DNA of 64,000 bases, taken from the NCBI GenBank assembly GCA_038078835.1, contig JBBTQI010000005.1, forward strand, positions 43,901 to 107,900, written 5' to 3'. The notes below the pieces were generated by a model. It had not been told where the DNA came from. It worked only from the letters and a program-made list of their open reading frames with translations, and did no database searches. Position numbers and translations under genes: made by a program. The stretch comes from Patescibacteria group bacterium. GTDB lineage: Bacteria; Patescibacteriota; UBA1384; XYA2-FULL-43-10; 1-14-0-10-43-13. Shown here one piece after another: positions 25,485-34,305 of this stretch (the first letter of the stretch is position 1; every line of letters begins with the position of its first letter).

Positions 25485-27639
25485 ATTTTGCGGGGTCTTC
25501 CCAGGTCGCGTATTTGCACTTGGGATAGCGGGAACAGCCCCAAAAAACCCGGCCCTTCTTCGTCCGGCGCTGAATAACCTCGCCCTCTTGGCACTCTGGA
25601 CACTTCTGACCGAATTTCTCAACAATTGATTTTGTGTTCTTGCACTTGGGGTAATTCTCGCAAGCCAAAAATTTACCAAAGCGCCCCTCCTTAATAATCA
25701 TCCGGCTGGAGCATTTCTCGCACTTCTCACCCTCGGCCTCGGAGAGTTTTTGAACTTCGCCGTCATCAACCACCAGAGAAGATTTCTTTTCCGCTTTTGA
25801 TTCGAGGGGCTTGGAAAACTTACACTCCGGATAGCCGGAACAAGCCATAAATTTGCCGAAGCGCCCCAGACGAATGACAATCGGCTTGCCGCACTCCGGG
25901 CACTTCTCCTTCGTCTCCTCCACCGGCACAATATCGCTCTTGTCGATCTCCTTGTTTTTCGCGCTGAGATTTTTAGCAAAGGGCTCGTAAAAATCGCGGA
26001 TAACCGGCACCCACTCCCGCTTGCCCTCGGCCACATCATCCAGTTCATCCTCCATCTTGGCCGTAAATTGATAGTCGACGATATCGGCAAAGTGTTTGAT
26101 CAAAAGATCGGTCACAATCTCGGCAATCTCGGTGGGCAGCAACCTTTTTTGCTCGGAGACGACATAACCGCGATCCTGAATGGTGGAGATCGTCGGGGCG
26201 TAGGTGGAGGGTCGGCCAATACCCAGACTCTCCAGCTTTTTGACCAGGGTCGCCTCGGTGTAGCGCTTGGACGGCTCGGTGAATTTTTGATCGGCAATCA
26301 AATTATGGCATTCCAGCTTTTCGTTATTGGCTAGTTGCGGCAATTCACCGCCCGAGGCTTCAATTTCGTCATCCTTGCCCTCGGTATAGAGCCTGATAAA
26401 ACCATCAAAAAACAAACGCTCCCCCTTGGCGAGAAAAACGAATTTTTCTTTAGTCTCGGGGGATATTCTGGCGTCAATTACCTCAAAGACGGCCGGTCTC
26501 ATCTGCGAGGCAAGGGTTCTCCGCCAGATAATATCATAAAGTTTCTGTTCCCTGGCATCGCTCGAGACCTTCTCTCCGCCAGCCGGCGGATCAAAATGGG
26601 TTGGTCGGATCGCCTCGTGCGCTTCCTGCGCCCGCTTGGTTTTAGTGTGGTATGTTTGAGATACGGCCGGCAGGTATGCGGCGCCAAAGCGACTGCTTAT
26701 AATACCGCGAATTGCTTTCACGGCTTCAGTTGAGAGATTGGTGGAGTCGGTACGCATATAGGTAATGTGACCGTTTTCGTAGAGTTTCTGGGCCAGCATC
26801 ATTGTCTGTTTGGCGGAAAACCCGAGCTTGCGCGAGGCCTCCATCTGTAGAGTTGAGGTGATAAAAGGGGCCGCCGGCCGACGCTCCGCCTCCCGCTTCT
26901 CCACCGCCAGAACTTTATAGTTTGCATCCTTAAGGGCACGTTTGATTTCCTCAGCCGTTTTCTTGTCTTTGATGTCGAGCTTGCCGACCGATTTGCCGTC
27001 CCACTCAATTAAAAACGCCCGAAAGATTTGATCGTCATTGATTTTAGAGAGGTCGACAGCCAAAACCCAGTACTCCCTGGGCTTAAAACCTCTGATCTCC
27101 CGCTCCCGCTCAACAATCAATCGAACGGCGACCGACTGGACCCGGCCGGCTGACAAGCCCGATTTCACCTTTCGCCACAACAGGGGTGAGAGCTTGTAGC
27201 CAACCAGGCGGTCCAAGACGCGGCGGGCCTGCTGGGCATCAACCAAACGAAGATCAATCCCCCGCGGCTGTGCCACCGCCCGCTCGATAGCCGACTTGGT
27301 TATCTCCGAAAAAACGATGCGCTTCACCCGCGAGTCATCCGGTTTAATTTTAAGCGCATAAAGCAAATGCCAAGAGATGGCTTCACCTTCGCGGTCTAAA
27401 TCAGTGGCTAGATATATCGAGCCGGCATTGTTGGCAGCTTTTTTTAACTCCGATATAACTTTCTTAACCTTGGGCACGATTTGGTAATCAGGGACAAAAT
27501 CATTCTTGATATCAACACCGAGTTCTTTCTGCGGCAAATCGCGCACATGACCAAAAGAGGCCAGAACCTTAAAATCCTTGCCCAAGTATTTTTCGATTGT
27601 CTTCGCCTTCGCCGGCGATTCTACAATAACAAGATTCAT
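25483..27639 (-). CDS. topA: DNA topoisomerase I with C-terminal zinc ribbons
   Basis: Toprim and TopoIA core; three Cx2C...Cx2C ribbons at the C-terminus. Confidence 0.9.
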   Translation of the reverse strand: MNLVIVESPAKAKTIEKYLGKDFKVLASFGHVRDLPQKELGVDIKNDFVPDYQIVPKVKKVISELKKAANNAGSIYLATDLDREGEAISWHLLYALKIKPDDSRVKRIVFSEITKSAIERAVAQPRGIDLRLVDAQQARRVLDRLVGYKLSPLLWRKVKSGLSAGRVQSVAVRLIVEREREIRGFKPREYWVLAVDLSKINDDQIFRAFLIEWDGKSVGKLDIKDKKTAEEIKRALKDANYKVLAVEKREAERRPAAPFITSTLQMEASRKLGFSAKQTMMLAQKLYENGHITYMRTDSTNLSTEAVKAIRGIISSRFGAAYLPAVSQTYHTKTKRAQEAHEAIRPTHFDPPAGGEKVSSDAREQKLYDIIWRRTLASQMRPAVFEVIDARISPETKEKFVFLAKGERLFFDGFIRLYTEGKDDEIEASGGELPQLANNEKLECHNLIADQKFTEPSKRYTEATLVKKLESLGIGRPSTYAPTISTIQDRGYVVSEQKRLLPTEIAEIVTDLLIKHFADIVDYQFTAKMEDELDDVAEGKREWVPVIRDFYEPFAKNLSAKNKEIDKSDIVPVEETKEKCPECGKPIVIRLGRFGKFMACSGYPECKFSKPLESKAEKKSSLVVDDGEVQKLSEAEGEKCEKCSSRMIIKEGRFGKFLACENYPKCKNTKSIVEKFGQKCPECQEGEVIQRRTKKGRVFWGCSRYPKCKYATWEDPAK

Positions 27640-27677
27640 AGATTTAATTGTCCCAGAATTCTTATATCACCATTTGC

Positions 27678-28766
27678 TTAACTGATTTTTCTGTAACGAC
27701 CGCCGCCAATATTTTCAATCATACCTTTCATCTCCAACATTGTCAAAGCGGTGTTGATGGCAATGATGTTTAATTTGCTCTCTAAAACCAAGTTATCAAC
27801 CGCCTGTTCGCCTGAGCTCAATAGGGCTAATATTACGCTCTCCTCCGCCGTTTCCGGCAAAATTTCCCTGGCCTTAACCTGCGCCTCTTTAAGCTGAACC
27901 GGCAGCTCCTCCAAAATGTCCTCGATCGACATAACCAGCTTGGCGCCTTTCTGAATTAGTAAGTTTGTACCCTTGGAATAAGGCGAATCAATCGGTCCGG
28001 GCACGGCAAAGACCTCGCGGTTGTACTCCAGGGCCGCCAGCGCGGTGATAAGCGACCCCGACTCCTCCCCCGCTTCGATAACGAGAGTGCCGAGAGTTAA
28101 GCCGGCGATGATGCGATTACGAGCCGGGAAATTGGAGGGATAAGCAGGCGTGCCGGGTGGAAATTCCGAGACAACTGCCCCGCCCGAATCGATAATTTCG
28201 CGGGCCAAAGAAAGGTGGCTTCCGGGATAAACCCGATCCAGGCCGCAACCCAGCACTGCAACGGTAGTGCCGGCCGATTTGAGAGCAACCCGATGGGCCT
28301 CGCCATCGATTCCCAGGGCCAAGCCAGACACAATAGAGAGATCGGCCCCAACGCACTGGCGGGTCAACTCCCCCACGACCCTCCGGCCATAGTGAGTGTA
28401 TTTGCGGCTGCCCACAATGGAGATTCCGGTCGCCTTGAGAGCCGCAGCATCGCCCCGGAGGTAGAGAATCGCCGGAGCGTCGGGAATTTCGGCCAAAAGC
28501 GGCGGATAAACCTTATCATACAAAGTAAGATAACCGATATTTAGCTTTTGTAGGCGCTCAATCTCCTGAGCCGGGGAAAACCTGGATCGAGCCTCCAGAA
28601 ACAGACCGGCGATTTTGGGCCCAAGACTCTGACTGATTGCCGTCTCGCCTAACCGCCAAGCTTTTTCCAGATCAGAAAAAACCGCCAGGATCTTCTTGAT
28701 TGTCTGACCACCGATCTTTTCGTGAGCGCTTAGAGCTAAAATAAAAGGAGTATTTTTTTCTTTCAT
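27678..28766 (-). CDS. dprA: DNA processing protein DprA/Smf
   Basis: Rossmann-like DprA core (GSRKYTHYGRRV...LALGIDGEAHRVAL...). Confidence 0.85.
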   Translation of the reverse strand: MKEKNTPFILALSAHEKIGGQTIKKILAVFSDLEKAWRLGETAISQSLGPKIAGLFLEARSRFSPAQEIERLQKLNIGYLTLYDKVYPPLLAEIPDAPAILYLRGDAAALKATGISIVGSRKYTHYGRRVVGELTRQCVGADLSIVSGLALGIDGEAHRVALKSAGTTVAVLGCGLDRVYPGSHLSLAREIIDSGGAVVSEFPPGTPAYPSNFPARNRIIAGLTLGTLVIEAGEESGSLITALAALEYNREVFAVPGPIDSPYSKGTNLLIQKGAKLVMSIEDILEELPVQLKEAQVKAREILPETAEESVILALLSSGEQAVDNLVLESKLNIIAINTALTMLEMKGMIENIGGGRYRKIS

Positions 28767-28900
28767 CCGTGTTTCATAATATCAATTTTTACCCAAGAGA
28801 GTAAGTCAGGGGGTTGGCTATTTTTTCGTTCTCATATATCACTTTGGGTGAAAATGTGGTAATATTTTCTTCGAAGTCCACAAGAAGGGAGGTAGCGAAC

Positions 28901-29284
28901 GTGGCCTATGTTGCTGTTTTCGTGGTTGATGGGCAAAACCGGATTCTGGCAATTCAGTCACCGCCCCAAACCAACTGGAATGTTCCATTAATGGAAAAAT
29001 CCGGCAGTGGGACACCAATAAGTCAGGCTCGGTTCCTGCTTAGACAACTAGGCGTACCCAACCAACCCAATCTCATTCTGGGCGGTAAATGTGATCCGAG
29101 TAAGAGAACACCTGATCACTTTTGTCTGGTGTCGGTCCGGGATGGTCAACCCATTTCTCTGCCCCGGGGAACACAACATCGCTGGGTAACATTGAGGGAA
29201 TTCTACCAGCTGCATCCCGAGTCCCAGACATGGGAGGGACTCAGTCGAATGGCGGTCCCCCTGACAGCGGGGGGTATTTCGTGA
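28901..29284 (+). CDS. Hypothetical protein (plus strand)
   Basis: GTG preceded by AAGGGAGG; track ORF from TTG at 28814; hairpin plus T-run after the stop. Confidence 0.4.
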   Translation: MAYVAVFVVDGQNRILAIQSPPQTNWNVPLMEKSGSGTPISQARFLLRQLGVPNQPNLILGGKCDPSKRTPDHFCLVSVRDGQPISLPRGTQHRWVTLREFYQLHPESQTWEGLSRMAVPLTAGGIS

Positions 29285-29341
29285 GTATGCACTTCTCGCT
29301 CCGCACTGACCATTGGTCGGTCCGGAGCAAGACCGGAGAAA

Positions 29342-31204
29342 TTAATCAGAATTTGATTGATGGTTCCGGTCTTTTTTGATGCGATCGACCGCCATTTTTA
29401 AGAGTTTCGAGTAAAGAACGAGTCCGACCGCTTCCATGCTGCCGTGCTGTTCACGCCCCAGGATGTTGCCGCCGCCGCGGATTTCCAAATCAGAAAGGGC
29501 GATATTAAAACCGGAACCCAGTTCGGTGTTTTCCGCCAGGGACTTGAGTCGCTTCACCGCATTATCGGTGATTTTTTTATTGCCGTAAGTTAGAAGAGCG
29601 TAAGCTTGGCGAGCACTCCGGCCGATCCGGCCGCGAATCTGATAGAGTTGAGCCAAACCAAAATGATCGGCCTCCTCTACAATTAAAGTGTTGACATTCG
29701 ATAAATCAAGACCGTTCTCAATAATGGTCGAGCAAACAAGAAGCTGAATCTGACCGGCGGTAAACCGGCTCATCACCCGGGCCAACCTCTCCTCCGGCAA
29801 TTGACCGTGCGCCACCTCGATGGCAACTCCCGGAAAAAGTTTTTTGAGTTGAATTTTTTTGCCCTCAATTGTCGCCACCTCGTTGTGGAGGTAATAAATC
29901 TGCCCGCCCCGGGCAACTTCGCGGTTGATATAGCCCCTGATCTTGTCCTCGTTCCAACGCGTAATCTCCGTCGTAATTGCCTTGCGGCCGCCGGGCGGTG
30001 TGTTGATTTGCGAGATGTCGCGAATACCCGCAAGAGACATAAAGAGTGTCCGGGGAATTGGCGTGGCAGAGAGCGTCAAGACATTCACCTCGGCACGCAT
30101 CCTTTTAAGCCTCTCCTTCTGCTTGACTCCGAAACGCTGCTCTTCATCAATAATGAAGAGGCCGAGATTTTTAAGATTGATATCCTTGCCCAGCAATCGA
30201 TGAGTACCGATTAGAATATCGATTCGACCCGCCGCTAATAATTCGGTAATTTTCTGCTGTTCCGCCGATTGAACAAAACGGCTTAAATGTTCAATCACCG
30301 CCGGTAAGTTCGAAAATCGCTGGCGAAAATTGACGAGGTGCTGCTCGACTAAAATTGTCGTTGGTACCAGCATCACCACCTGATAACCGTTAGCCGCCGC
30401 TTGAGCCGCGGCGCGAATTGCTACTTCGGTCTTGCCAAAACCGACATCGCCGGAGATGAGTCGATCCATCGGAACATTTTTGACCAGGTCGCCGAATGTC
30501 GCCGCGACCGCTTCGGCCTGATCCGGCGTATCGATATAGGGAAAGGTCCCGATTATCTCCTCATTCCAATGCTTGTCGATTTTCCACCTCTCCCGCTGAG
30601 ATATTTCCCGCGCGGCATATAAATCAAGCAGTTCTCGTGCCAACTTTATGACATTTTCATACGTTTTTTTGTAGGTCTTCTGCCAGCTCTGACTGCCAAG
30701 GCGACTCAATTTTGGCTTGCGCCGCCCAACACCGATATAGGAGGAGAGTTTTTCTGCCATCTCCGGCGGCACGTAGAGCATATCGCCATTTAGATATTCA
30801 AGGAAAAGATAGGCCCTATCCTGCCTGTCAACCTGCTTGGTACCAATGCAGCGAAAGCGGCCGACGCCATGGTCTTCGTGAACAATGAATTCGCCCGGAC
30901 GGATTCGGCTGCCATCCGGCAAGATCAGAACATTGGCCGCAATCTCCGCCTCCTCCGTCTGAGAGATTTTCTTGCCCGTGCTTCCATCAAAACTTGCGAT
31001 GGATTCAAGCTCCGGACCAAAAAACTCTAACCGAAGCGGGACAGCGGCAGAAGCGGCGAAAATCGAGAGTGTCCCGCCAAGAAGACTAAACTGCCCCGGA
31101 AACTCGATTGTCTCGACCCGTTCATAACCAAAATCGATCAGTTTGCCTGCTAAATCACCGGGGTTGTATTTTTCGCCAACTTTTAGCTTAAAGTCCTTAG
31201 CCAT
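29342..31204 (-). CDS. mfd: Transcription-repair coupling factor, short form lacking the N-terminal UvrB-homology module
   Basis: RNAP-interacting block IVHEDHGVGRF, SF2 helicase motifs (GDVGFGKTE, DEEQRFG), TRG region; 620 aa. Confidence 0.8.
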   Translation of the reverse strand: MAKDFKLKVGEKYNPGDLAGKLIDFGYERVETIEFPGQFSLLGGTLSIFAASAAVPLRLEFFGPELESIASFDGSTGKKISQTEEAEIAANVLILPDGSRIRPGEFIVHEDHGVGRFRCIGTKQVDRQDRAYLFLEYLNGDMLYVPPEMAEKLSSYIGVGRRKPKLSRLGSQSWQKTYKKTYENVIKLARELLDLYAAREISQRERWKIDKHWNEEIIGTFPYIDTPDQAEAVAATFGDLVKNVPMDRLISGDVGFGKTEVAIRAAAQAAANGYQVVMLVPTTILVEQHLVNFRQRFSNLPAVIEHLSRFVQSAEQQKITELLAAGRIDILIGTHRLLGKDINLKNLGLFIIDEEQRFGVKQKERLKRMRAEVNVLTLSATPIPRTLFMSLAGIRDISQINTPPGGRKAITTEITRWNEDKIRGYINREVARGGQIYYLHNEVATIEGKKIQLKKLFPGVAIEVAHGQLPEERLARVMSRFTAGQIQLLVCSTIIENGLDLSNVNTLIVEEADHFGLAQLYQIRGRIGRSARQAYALLTYGNKKITDNAVKRLKSLAENTELGSGFNIALSDLEIRGGGNILGREQHGSMEAVGLVLYSKLLKMAVDRIKKDRNHQSNSD

Positions 31205-31379
31205 CGTTCGATTTTAACACATCTTGCCGTACCCTGTCAGGCGCCGCCACAAGACCCTTGGCTGTACGGTATCATCTTATAGATACAAAAAATACTCACT
31301 TGCTCACGATCGGAAACAAAATGAGTAATTTTTATCGAAGTTGTTTTGTTATAATGACTTGTTTAAATTGGCGCCAACT

Positions 31380-31811
31380 TTAACCTTTTTCAACTTCAAC
31401 GCCCATACTGCGGGCGGTGCCGGCAACTATCTTCATCGCCGCCTCAACATCGTTGGCATTAAGATCAGTCATTTTCGTTTCGGCAATCTCTCTCAGTTGA
31501 GCCTGTGTCAACTTCTTGGCCAATTTATTTTTTTTGGAGTTGTCGGCCCCCTTTGGCACACCAAGCGCCTTTTTAATCAGCACTGCCGCCGGAGGTGTCT
31601 TTAGGCGAAAAGCATAGGTGCGATCCTCGTAAACCGTGATCTCAACCGGAATAATAGTATCACCCAGTCCCCTCGTCTGCTCGTTAAACGCCTGAGTAAA
31701 CTCCATAATATTCAAACCATGCTGGCCCAAGGCCGGGCCAACCGGCGGTGCCGGAGTTGCTTTGCCCGCCGGAATCTGAAGTTTTAAAATTGTTTTAACT
31801 GTCTTCGCCAT
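31380..31811 (-). CDS. rplK: 50S ribosomal protein L11
   Basis: [32 protein letters not shown]... Confidence 0.9.
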   Translation of the reverse strand: MAKTVKTILKLQIPAGKATPAPPVGPALGQHGLNIMEFTQAFNEQTRGLGDTIIPVEITVYEDRTYAFRLKTPPAAVLIKKALGVPKGADNSKKNKLAKKLTQAQLREIAETKMTDLNANDVEAAMKIVAGTARSMGVEVEKG

Positions 31812-31918
31812 CGTTACTCCGTAACCGCACAAATGGATAACTAATAACCTAAATGACTAATGACGAATGAATTTATTAGTTATTCGTCATTAGGACTAAT
31901 TTGTCATCCGTTTCTGCT
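31812..31918 (-). promoter_or_regulatory. nusG-rplK intergenic leader, homologous to the pilT-pilC intergenic region
   Basis: Shared blocks aaatggatRactaata, ttattcgYcatt, taattYgtYatccgtttYtgYttt; contains a 12-bp stem hairpin. Confidence 0.4.
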
Positions 31919-32557
31919 TTAAACTTTTTTAACTTGCAAAAAATCTAATGCCACTGGTGTCTCGCGGCCGAACATACTAACCAAAACCTTAATCTTGCCG
32001 CGATCCTGATCAATCTCTTCAACCTTGCCCTCAAAACCCTTGAGTGCCCCGTCGGTAATCTTGACTAAATCTCCCTCACGGAAATCAATTTTGAACTTCG
32101 GCTCCTCAACACCCATTCTCTTTCGAATCCGGTCAATCTCCTCTTTAGACATCGGTGTCGGCCGAACGCCAAAACCGATAAATCCGGTCACATTGGGCGT
32201 GTTTCGGACAACGTACCAGGAGTCATCAGTCACCACCATATCAACCAAGACATAGCCCGGGAAAATCCTCTTTTCGACCACGCGGCGCTTACCGTTTTTT
32301 ATCTCAATCTGTTTCTCCTTGGGCACAATAACATTGAAAATCTTGTCTTGCATTCCCATTGAGTCTATTCTCTGCCGCAACGAGTCCTTAACCTGATCTT
32401 CGTAGCCGGAATAGGTATGAATAACATACCAGTTGCGCTCCCCTGATTGCTTTAGGGTTAGAAACTTCTTCTGGGGCGGCTTAGCTATCCCGTCGGCCCC
32501 ATTCGGTAACTCGGCAATTTTAACCTCTTGGTCTTTTTCTTGATCTTTTTTACTCAC
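31919..32557 (-). CDS. nusG: Transcription antitermination factor NusG
   Basis: NGN domain (WYVIHTYSGYE) and KOW. Confidence 0.9.
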   Translation of the reverse strand: MSKKDQEKDQEVKIAELPNGADGIAKPPQKKFLTLKQSGERNWYVIHTYSGYEDQVKDSLRQRIDSMGMQDKIFNVIVPKEKQIEIKNGKRRVVEKRIFPGYVLVDMVVTDDSWYVVRNTPNVTGFIGFGVRPTPMSKEEIDRIRKRMGVEEPKFKIDFREGDLVKITDGALKGFEGKVEEIDQDRGKIKVLVSMFGRETPVALDFLQVKKV

Positions 32558-32558
32558 G

Positions 32559-32753
32559 CTATCCCCTTTCTACAAGGTATTCAACCACTTGAGCCAGGCC
32601 GTAATCAACGGCGGCAGTGGTTGCTGTTGCGGTAACAACCGCCAAAATAACAATGACGGTGTTGTTGATCACCTCGGTTCGCGAGGGCCACTTAACCTTT
32701 TTTAACTCGCCCCAAGAATCAACAAAATATCGGGTTAGACGATTATTTTTCAT
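32559..32753 (-). CDS. secE: Preprotein translocase subunit SecE
   Basis: 64 aa, ...ELKKVKWPSRTEV... plus a single TM helix. Confidence 0.8.
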   Translation of the reverse strand: MKNNRLTRYFVDSWGELKKVKWPSRTEVINNTVIVILAVVTATATTAAVDYGLAQVVEYLVERG

Positions 32754-33069
32754 CTTTTCTTATTTCCAAAACTTTAATGCGAGTCAAATCTTCACGCTGG
32801 CCCAGAGTCCGCTTGTAGCGCTTTTTGGCGTGAAACTTAAAAACCCTGAGTTTTTTGCCGTGAAAATCACCCAGAACTTCGGCTGCCACTTTGGCTTGAC
32901 CCAGAGAGGGTTGACCGATGTTAACGTTTTTTTCATCGGCAATCAACAAAACATTATCAAAAATGATTTGATTGCCGCTTCTGTCAGCAGGCGCAACGAG
33001 ATCGATCTCGCACTCCCTGCCCGGTGTCAGTTTGTATTGGTTTCCTTTATATGAAACTATGGCGAACAT
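32743..33069 (-). CDS. rplU: 50S ribosomal protein L21
   Basis: Track ORF trimmed to MFAIVSYKGNQYKL... Confidence 0.8.
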   Translation of the reverse strand: MFAIVSYKGNQYKLTPGRECEIDLVAPADRSGNQIIFDNVLLIADEKNVNIGQPSLGQAKVAAEVLGDFHGKKLRVFKFHAKKRYKRTLGQREDLTRIKVLEIRKDEK

Positions 33070-33180
33070 TATTACCCTGTTTCCTGTAAACTTACAAGGG
33101 CACAAAGCCCGGTTCAAACTAAAAAAGCCTGCTGGCCTATCTAGTAGATAGTTTAACAGAGACGCTCAAAAAGTCAAGGG

Positions 33181-34296
33181 CTAAAAGGTGAGTTTGTTGT
33201 GACGGATAAAAACACTCTGGACCAGGCCGATAAGAAAGAGGGTCATAATTAAAGACGTTCCGCCGGCCGAGAGGAGAGGCAGGGGTATGCCCGTCACCGG
33301 TGCAATGCCCAAATTCATACCAACGTTAATCGCAACCTGGAAGAAAAGCATGCCGGCACTCCCCAGAGAAAGCAGGACACCAAAATTATCCCGGGCAAAG
33401 CGAGCCAGACTAATCAACTTGCTAATAAGCGAAAGATACAAGAGAAGAAAAACGCTCGAACCGAGAAAGCCAAGGGACTCCGCCAAGCCGGCGAAGATAA
33501 AATCCGTGTGCGGTTCCGGCAAGAACCGCAACTGGCTCTGGCTCCCCCGCCCCAAACCCCTCCCCCACAGTTCACCCGCACCGGCAGAGATTTGAGCTTG
33601 GCGCACATTGTATCCGCTCCCGTAAGGATCAGAGTTGGGAAAAATAAAAGTTAAAATCCGGTTTCGCTGATAATCTTTAAGGATATCCTCAAAGGGTCCA
33701 ATACGAAAAGCGGAAAGGAAAAAGGTGCTTGATATCAGAATAATAAGACAAGCAAATGTGGCAATCTGCCAACGTGTTGGCCGAGAGGCCAAAAGGATAA
33801 CAAAATAGACAAAACAAATCACGATCGCCGTACCCAAGTCGGGTTCGCGCAGAATCAGGACGAGAGGCAAAGCCAGAATGATAATCGAGAGCAAGATATC
33901 AAACCATTTTATCTTTTTGATTCGCCTGGAAAAAAACGCGGAGAGATAAACCACCATAAAAACTTTTGCCACCTCGGATGGCTGAATTTGAAAAAACCCG
34001 AGATAGAGCCAGTTTCTGGCACCATTGACCGTTTTGCCGAAAAGCTCGACAGCGATCAAGAGAATAATCGAACAAAGATAAAAAACCCAACTTGTTCCGC
34101 GGAAAAAGCGATAATCAACAAAACCAATCGCTATCATCACAAACACGCCAATCAGCGCGTAAATCAACTGGCGAGTTGCCACCACGATCTCGTCGCTGCC
34201 AAAGACAAGACTATAGATCATTGAAACGCTGGTAGTGACAAAAATAAGAGGAATAAGATAGAGGGCAATATCAAATGTTTTAATTTTCTTCGGCAC
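33181..34296 (-). CDS. SEDS-family peptidoglycan polymerase (FtsW/RodA)
   Basis: 10-TM SEDS protein with conserved PEPHTDFIF block. Confidence 0.85.
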   Translation of the reverse strand: MPKKIKTFDIALYLIPLIFVTTSVSMIYSLVFGSDEIVVATRQLIYALIGVFVMIAIGFVDYRFFRGTSWVFYLCSIILLIAVELFGKTVNGARNWLYLGFFQIQPSEVAKVFMVVYLSAFFSRRIKKIKWFDILLSIIILALPLVLILREPDLGTAIVICFVYFVILLASRPTRWQIATFACLIILISSTFFLSAFRIGPFEDILKDYQRNRILTFIFPNSDPYGSGYNVRQAQISAGAGELWGRGLGRGSQSQLRFLPEPHTDFIFAGLAESLGFLGSSVFLLLYLSLISKLISLARFARDNFGVLLSLGSAGMLFFQVAINVGMNLGIAPVTGIPLPLLSAGGTSLIMTLFLIGLVQSVFIRHNKLTF

Positions 34297-34305
34297 TCTA
34301 CCTCC

